DNA of 63,996 nt, the filler included, from Reclinomonas americana ATCC 50394 (lineage: Eukaryota), in assembly GCA_048213135.1 (NCBI GenBank). It is 6 parts of 5 records of this genome, joined end to end, with 100 filler letters (N's around TTAATTAATTAA, not from the genome) between each part and the next. Parts side by side here need not be neighbours in the genome. Positions count along the whole stretch, not along the records: positions 51,319 to 59,526 come from PS015208.1; positions 59,627 to 62,875 come from PS015209.1; positions 62,976 to 63,996 come from PS015232.1; 3 more parts are not named here. One strand, given 5' to 3'. The first letter of the stretch is position 1. Each line of letters starts with the position of its first letter. A program made the translations under genes and the position numbers. Below the pieces are notes generated by a model. That model was given only the letters and a program-made list of their open reading frames with translations. It was not told where the DNA came from and made no database searches. Positions 58,093-63,996 of the stretch are shown piece after piece.

Positions 58093-59526
58093 TTATTGGG
58101 GTGCACGCATTCGCGGCACTCTATCCGAGACAGGTGAGTTGCCTCGATTGCCGTCGCTGGGAGTTGCGTTGCGGTTGGCCATCATGAATCGCTTGCCGGT
58201 CTCGCGCGACCCACGGCGCCCGTTGCCGGTGAAGACAAGTGGCGCCGCGCGCAAAACGTTGGGATTCAGATTGCGTTGTGGCTGCATCACAGTGCGTGCC
58301 GGTGGCGGCGGCATTGCCGACGCCGCGTAGCCGAGACTGTCGTAGTCGGCCGCTGCCGTCCCGTTACTGCGACTCGCCGCCGCCGACGCCGAAGCCTCAC
58401 TGCCGATCGGCTGTGGCCGGGGTGCGCGATGTGTCCGTTGCGGCTCGGGGGCCGGTCGATGCGATATCGGCGATCGCGGTCGACTGCTGTTCGGTGACCC
58501 CTCACTGCTGTTGGGCGACGACACCGGGTGTGGTCGGTGATGCACGTGGTGCAAATCGTCGCCAGTGGAGGTGCGTCGATCCACCACCAGATTTTGTCTC
58601 GACAGCAAAAGCTGATGATGCTGCTGCTGCTGCTGCGGAGGCGTCTGCTGCAGCTGCAACAGCTGTGAAACTGGCAACGGCAGCTCGCCGGCAGCCACCG
58701 GAAGACTCGTGGGAATGTACTGCGCGCTTTCGAAAGACTTGGCGCGCGGACGAGTGCCGTTGGTGCGCGGCGAGAAACGATGCTTCAGCTGCACGGCATA
58801 GCGTTGAGTTTGACAGACAAACATATTCTACTACATCGTGATCGACCACCAACCTCCAGCTGTCGTCGACTGCTCAAATCGGTCTTGCTGTGGTACACAA
58901 TGGTGCCGAGTGGCGAACGCGATCCGCTGTGGCGTGGTGGGCTCGCCGATGCCGACGACTGCATCGCTGTCAGACTCTTCGCAACTGGTGACAGACACGA
59001 AACACAACAACAACAACAACAACAACACACCGTGGCAGACGAGGATGGCGAGAAATCAGGCATGGCGGTGTAGGCGACAACTGGCGACTTGCGTCGACTC
59101 TCTGTCTGCTTCCACGCGGCTGTCGCACGCGGTTGCACAATGGCAGAAGCGGTGGCAGAGGAGGACAAGACCGACGACGGGCGTGGCCGTGCGTTCGCAT
59201 ATGTGGGCGCCACCGCCGCGGGGGGAGCGGCGACAGATCCACCGTTGAGGGTCCAGCGCGTTGGCGCCGGCTCGGTGGACTTGGACCGGTACGGCTCCGC
59301 CGACGGGGGAGTCGAAACGAATGCGCGACTGCTGATCAACTGTCGCCGGCCACTGCCGCTGTCCCCAGCGCTATGTGGTGGCGGAGTGATCATGCGTGCG
59401 CCGAGCGGAGACGTGGATCGGGAGTTGGGCTCCGAGCGCTCGCCCGCCAAGCGGGCATTGGTCGGCACCGGTCGTCGTGTGGTGTGCGGTTGCTGATCGC
59501 GGACCGCGGTCGATGTCATGAAGCGC
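58093..59526 (-). CDS. 3' part of a hypothetical disordered Ser/Pro/Arg-rich protein
   Basis: Three phase-0-linked exons ending ..VPRMRAPQ stop. Confidence 0.6.
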
Positions 59527-59626
59527 NNNNNNNNNNNNNNNNNNNNNNNNNNNNNNNNNNNNNNNNNNNNTTAATTAATTAANNNNNNNNNNNNNNNNNN
59601 NNNNNNNNNNNNNNNNNNNNNNNNNN
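59527..59626. other. Artificial scaffold spacer
   Basis: N-run + TTAATTAATTAA + N-run. Confidence 0.97.
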
Positions 59627-61423
59627 GGTGGCGGTGGTGGTGGTCGCGGAGGTCCGGTGCGTCGCGACTCAGCCGGGAGTGCCGAAGGTAACAGCGCGGC
59701 ATCGACACCCACGTCGACGTCCGCTCCCGCTGCGCCCGACGCACCGGCCGCACCTGCAGAGGGCGATCACGCAGGTGGAAAGGCAGCTGGCAAGAGTGCG
59801 TTGGCGTGTGTGTGTTGTCTATTTGTGTGCAGTCAGAGAGATTCACTCCCTTTTTCTTCCGCAGAGCGAGAGCGCAATCGTGACCGAAAGAAGCGCGGCG
59901 GTCACGGCGAGGAGGCGCCGAACGGTACCGCTGAGGCGAGTGAGAAGNNNNNNNNNNNNNNNNNNNNCTGGCGGAGCAGGTGCCGCCGCCGTCGATCAAG
60001 AAAAGTCCGCCACCACAAAAGCAGCAGCAGCAACAGCAGCAGCAACAGAGGTCACCCAAGCATGCACATCCGCAGGCACCCGCTGGTGGTGGTCTTAAGC
60101 AGCAGCAGCCAGTGGTGGCTCCAGCCGCCGCTGGTGGGCAGGCGGCCGACGCAGCGGCACCACCAATGTCCAAGCGGGCGGAGAAGCGACAGCGCGCGGA
60201 AAAATTGCAAAAGCAACGCACAGCGAGGAAGGTCGCGGCTGCGCAGGCGGCAGCTCGAGCCACTGGCGCGGAGCACACTGATGTGGATTTGATGAAATTG
60301 GAGCCACCACACCCCGTGCCGCCACACTTGGAGCTCCCGTCGCGTCGCATCGGTGCGTGCCCTCTTGATCGTGATTGTTTTTGTGTCACAGAATGCTGAT
60401 CCTCCTCGCAGCCGCCCTCGAGTCGGCCCCGGCTGTGTATATGCCCGACTTTTTGGATGGGGACGACGATGAGGACGACGCCTTTACGTTTGGTGGACCA
60501 GTGGAACGATCGCACTCGGACGACGAGGACAATGATGCGGCAGTGGCCGGTGACGACGACGCAGATACCGACAATGCCGATCATCTGCTGGCCGCCCCGC
60601 CGGCGACGACGGCAACCGTGGCAACAACGACAACGGCGACTTCCGATGAAGCCGTGCATGATGCAGACGCAGAAAAGTTCTTGCGTGAAGTCTCCGACAC
60701 GGCGACGCCCGAGTCAGGTTTGCAAGTTCTTTTTTTTATTGCGCGACAACCCCCGCTTTGGCTCACGCGCAAAATAGCCTCACCTCCGACGACGGTGCAC
60801 ACGGCGCCTGCCATGGTCGCCCCCGGTGTCGTGCCGCACCTGGCCCCGTCGAGGACACCCGGTGGTCCCGTGCAAATACCGGCAATGCCGGTGATTGCCG
60901 CTGTGTCGGGAGTGCCGCCGGGATTGCCGCCGGTGTGTGGGAGAAGGGGGAAGAAGGAGGGAGGGAGGGGTAAAGGGGGAAAGGGAGGGAGAGAGAGACG
61001 AAGTGAGTAATTGTAGTCTTGGCTCTCGCACTCTTGCCTCCTTGTTGTAACTCTGCATGTGTGTGTGAGGGTGGAAGCGAGAATGTTCCTTCATACATTC
61101 ATTCATTCTTCTCTCCTCTTGCTCACGCAGTATTCAACGCCTGGTGGACCACCGGGTGTGCCGGGTGTGCCACCACCTCCAGTCATGTACGACCAGCAGC
61201 TGCCAGTCGGTGCCATGGGTGCGCCGTACGTGAACTCCGTGCCGCCGTACCCAATGGAATACGGTTACATGCCCGAGTACGCCTACTACCGTTGAGTCCT
61301 CACGTCGATTTTCTACCATGTGTGTCACCGCACCTCACTGTATCGCACGCGGTAGCCACTCCGGGTTACGAGCAGCAGTATGCCGCGCCCATGTACGCGC
61401 AGTACGACATGTATGGCAACTCG
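59627..61423 (+). CDS. Partial hypothetical protein with Q-rich, acidic and Pro/Tyr-rich low-complexity segments
   Basis: Phase-compatible exons ending ..YSTPGGPPGVPG..YAYY/PTPGYEQQYAAPMYAQYDMYGNS. Confidence 0.65.
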
Positions 61424-61989
61424 GTGAGTGTGCGAGAGAGCGAGAGAGAGATTGTTTCTTTAGTTGTGTGTGAGCAATGTGGACTACGAGTGTGTGCAAG
61501 TCTGTGTCTCTTACGCTGAGTCCTATCACCTCTCCTTCTCGTAGTCATATCACTTCTCCCTCTCTGCCACGCCACCTCCTCTTTCACAGTCTCCTTCTCG
61601 GCATCATCTCAGTGTCCAAGTCATCTCACTTCTCCTTTCAGTCATTTCACTGCGCTCTCTGTTTCATGCCACCTCCTCTTTCATGCTCGTTCAATTTCAC
61701 CTCGAATTCGTCTTACGTCTCCTCAGTCGTAAGCTTCCCCTTTCTCAATCTTCTCCTCGGCATCACTTCTCCTCCTGCGAGTCATCGCACTTCTCCTTCT
61801 CAGCCATGTCACTTCTCCTCCTCGGAGCCATCTCACTTCTCCCTCTCCCAGTCTCGTAGTCATATCACCTCCCCTTCCCTCCTCCCTCTTCCCCTTCTCT
61901 CCCTTCCCCTTCTCTCTCCTCCCCTTCTCTCCCTTCCCCTTCTCTCCCTTCCCCTTCTCTCCCTTCCCCNNNNNNNNNNNNNNNNNNNN

Positions 61990-62719
61990 GGGTTGCTGGG
62001 CGGGCCACCTCGGCGTCGCTGATCCGCCTCTGGGTTCCACGATGCGCCACCGGCATTAAAGTCGCCCATGGGCGTGGCACCAAAGGAGGGCGGTCCCGAG
62101 TGCGGCATCTGTGCGCCGCCGACGCCACCACTACCGCCAGTCGACGAGTTGGAGGACGAACGGCTGCGCGTGGCCGGCGGTGCCGAGGGGAAGTACGACT
62201 GTCCGCGACCGGGGTCCATGGTAAATGTCGACATGCCGTAGGGTGCGCCAGGCGGCACGTAGGTTGAAGGGGCGTAGTATTGGCGCTGGAAAAGGAGAAG
62301 TGAGAAAGAGGGGTAGGGGGAAGGGGGAAGGGGTAAGAGGGGAAGGGGAAGGGAGAGAAGGGGAAGAGAGAGAAGGGGAAGAGGGAGGAGGGAAGGAGAA
62401 GTGACAACTCTCTCTCGCACACTCACCGAGTTGCCATACATGTCGTACTGCGCGTACATGGGCGCGGCATACTGCTGCTCGTAACCCGGAGTGGCTACCG
62501 CGTGCGATACAGTGAGGTGCGGTGACACACATGGTAACAATTGACATGGGGACTCAACGGTAGTAGGCGTACTCGGGCATGTAACCGTATTCCATTGGGT
62601 ACGGCGGCACGGAGTTCACGTACGGCGCACCCATGGCACCGACTGGCAGCTGCTGGTCATACATGACTGGAGGTGGTGGCACACCCGGCACACCCGGTGG
62701 TCCGCCAGGCGTTGAATAC
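61990..62719 (-). CDS. Second, inverted copy of the Pro/Tyr-rich exons plus the next exon (allele or duplicate)
   Basis: 62408-62843 is the reverse complement of 61008-61440 with few differences, and continues RQYYAPSTYVPPG..RRRGGPPSN. Confidence 0.7.
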
Positions 62720-62843
62720 TGCGTAAGCAAGAGGAGAGAAGAATGAATGTATGTATGAAGGAACATTCTCGCTCCCACTCTCACACGCACATGCAGAGTT
62801 ACAACAAGGAGGCAAGAGTGCGAGAGTCAAGAATACTGCAATT

Positions 62844-62875
<32 letters not shown>

Positions 62876-62974
62876 NNNNNNNNNNNNNNNNNNNNNNNNN
62901 NNNNNNNNNNNNNNNNNNNTTAATTAATTAANNNNNNNNNNNNNNNNNNNNNNNNNNNNNNNNNNNNNNNNNNN
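62876..62974. other. Artificial scaffold spacer
   Basis: N-run + TTAATTAATTAA + N-run. Confidence 0.97.
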
Positions 62975-63761
62975 NGAGAGAGAGAGAGGGAGGAAAGAGA
63001 GCAAGAGAGTAATACTGAAGGGGAGCAGAAAGAGGGAGTTACGAGGGAAGGAGAGAAGGAGAGCGACTGCTGGACTTTAGAGGGACTACGTGCAAGTTAT
63101 GAGAGAGAGAGAGAGAGGACAAGGGAGGAAAAGGAACAGGACGTTGGTGTGAGAGACACACGTCAGGAAGCAGAGTCAACAAGAGCGAAAGAGTGTTGCA
63201 TCCCTTCTAATTGACCTCGTGCAGTTGACGTCGGCCGTCGGCAACCTCCTTGGTGACCTCACGTCACGGCTATCGAGGTAAAATTACGGAGTGTCTAAAT
63301 GGTAGTGTGTGACGGGCGTGCATTTGAGCAGTGGTTGTGCGCGTGACGATGGTGTCTCTTTTTGTTTGTTTGGTTGTCTGTTTGTTTGTTTTGAGCGAAG
63401 ATCTTCTATGGTTGGCAATTACAGTGTATGTGATCGATGATTGTTGCGCACTTGCGTTGGAGAGGGAAGGTCGTATCACGCAGAGATGTTTGTAGTGATG
63501 CACAGCAAGAGTTGCACCTCGCAAACAAACTTCTGCAAATCCCTGGCCGACAAGCACACCAACAATCACATACGTCGCAATTGCAATCGAGTCGTCAAGC
63601 GGAAGTCTATATCGCGACATTCTCGCAACCAGATTTCATGATGATCAACTGCCAGTGGAGCTCTGCTCAACAAATCATCGTCGGTGATGCCTAAACGCAG
63701 CATGCTCAGCCGTCGGCTGTCCCGTCCCACTCAAATCTCCGAACCTTCTCCGATCACGCAA

Positions 63762-63996
63762 ATGCACTTGCTTGCCTCCCTCGCCCGTCGCATGGCCTTG
63801 GGCACCACTGCCTTCATGGCTGTCGGCCTCACCTCCACACTCGCTGCACAGAATGCAGGTGTGGCATCCCTTCTCACATTCTCTCTCAGACTTCCTCTTC
63901 CCTCATCCTCACGTGCACCAGTGGTCCCCTCCACCGAGCAACTCGTCATTGAGATCCACGTGCGCAACATTACGCGCTCTGTCAGTCTGTACGAGC
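63762..63996 (+). CDS. 5' end of a probable VOC/glyoxalase-family protein with an N-terminal targeting-like peptide (absent from the ORF track)
   Basis: Exon 63762-63858, intron, and exon from 63922 give MHLLASLARRMALGTTAFMAVGLTSTLAAQNAVVPSTEQLVIEIHVRNITRSVSLYE. The last part resembles the first VOC strand-helix. Confidence 0.5.
   Translation, partial: MHLLASLARRMALGTTAFMAVGLTSTLAAQNAGVASLLTFSLRLPLPSSSRAPVVPSTEQLVIEIHVRNITRSVSLYE

Overview
Eukaryotic, protist-like, intron-rich genomic DNA from a fragmented draft assembly. Six scaffold pieces are joined by artificial N-TTAATTAATTAA-N spacers (14384, 29287, 51219, 59527, 62876), and there are many internal N gaps. Most listed ORFs are artefacts of purine/pyrimidine microsatellites, so genes were rebuilt by phasing GT-AG exons by eye. 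Well-supported genes: a CLC anion channel, a poxvirus-VP39-type cap 2'-O-methyltransferase, two UDP-glucose dehydrogenase copies, an AGC kinase, a WD40 protein, a KynB-type cyclase, tRNA-Arg(UCG), RNA polymerase III subunit RPC2, an NLR-like NB-ARC/TPR protein, a MAP2K and TFIIE-beta, plus several partial hypothetical genes. The genetic code is standard. Most notable observations: (1) a frequent second class of 5' splice site, N|GTT(GC/GA/TC)G, found almost only after exons that lack G at -1 and resembling +1-shifted U1 pairing; (2) a CLC lacking the gating Glu, proton Glu and central Tyr; (3) an NLR-like protein with a degenerate HEPN-like N-terminus; (4) a tRNA gene head-to-head with the Pol III subunit gene; (5) an 89-bp intronic inverted repeat that masks its own 3' splice site. 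The organism cannot be identified from this window.
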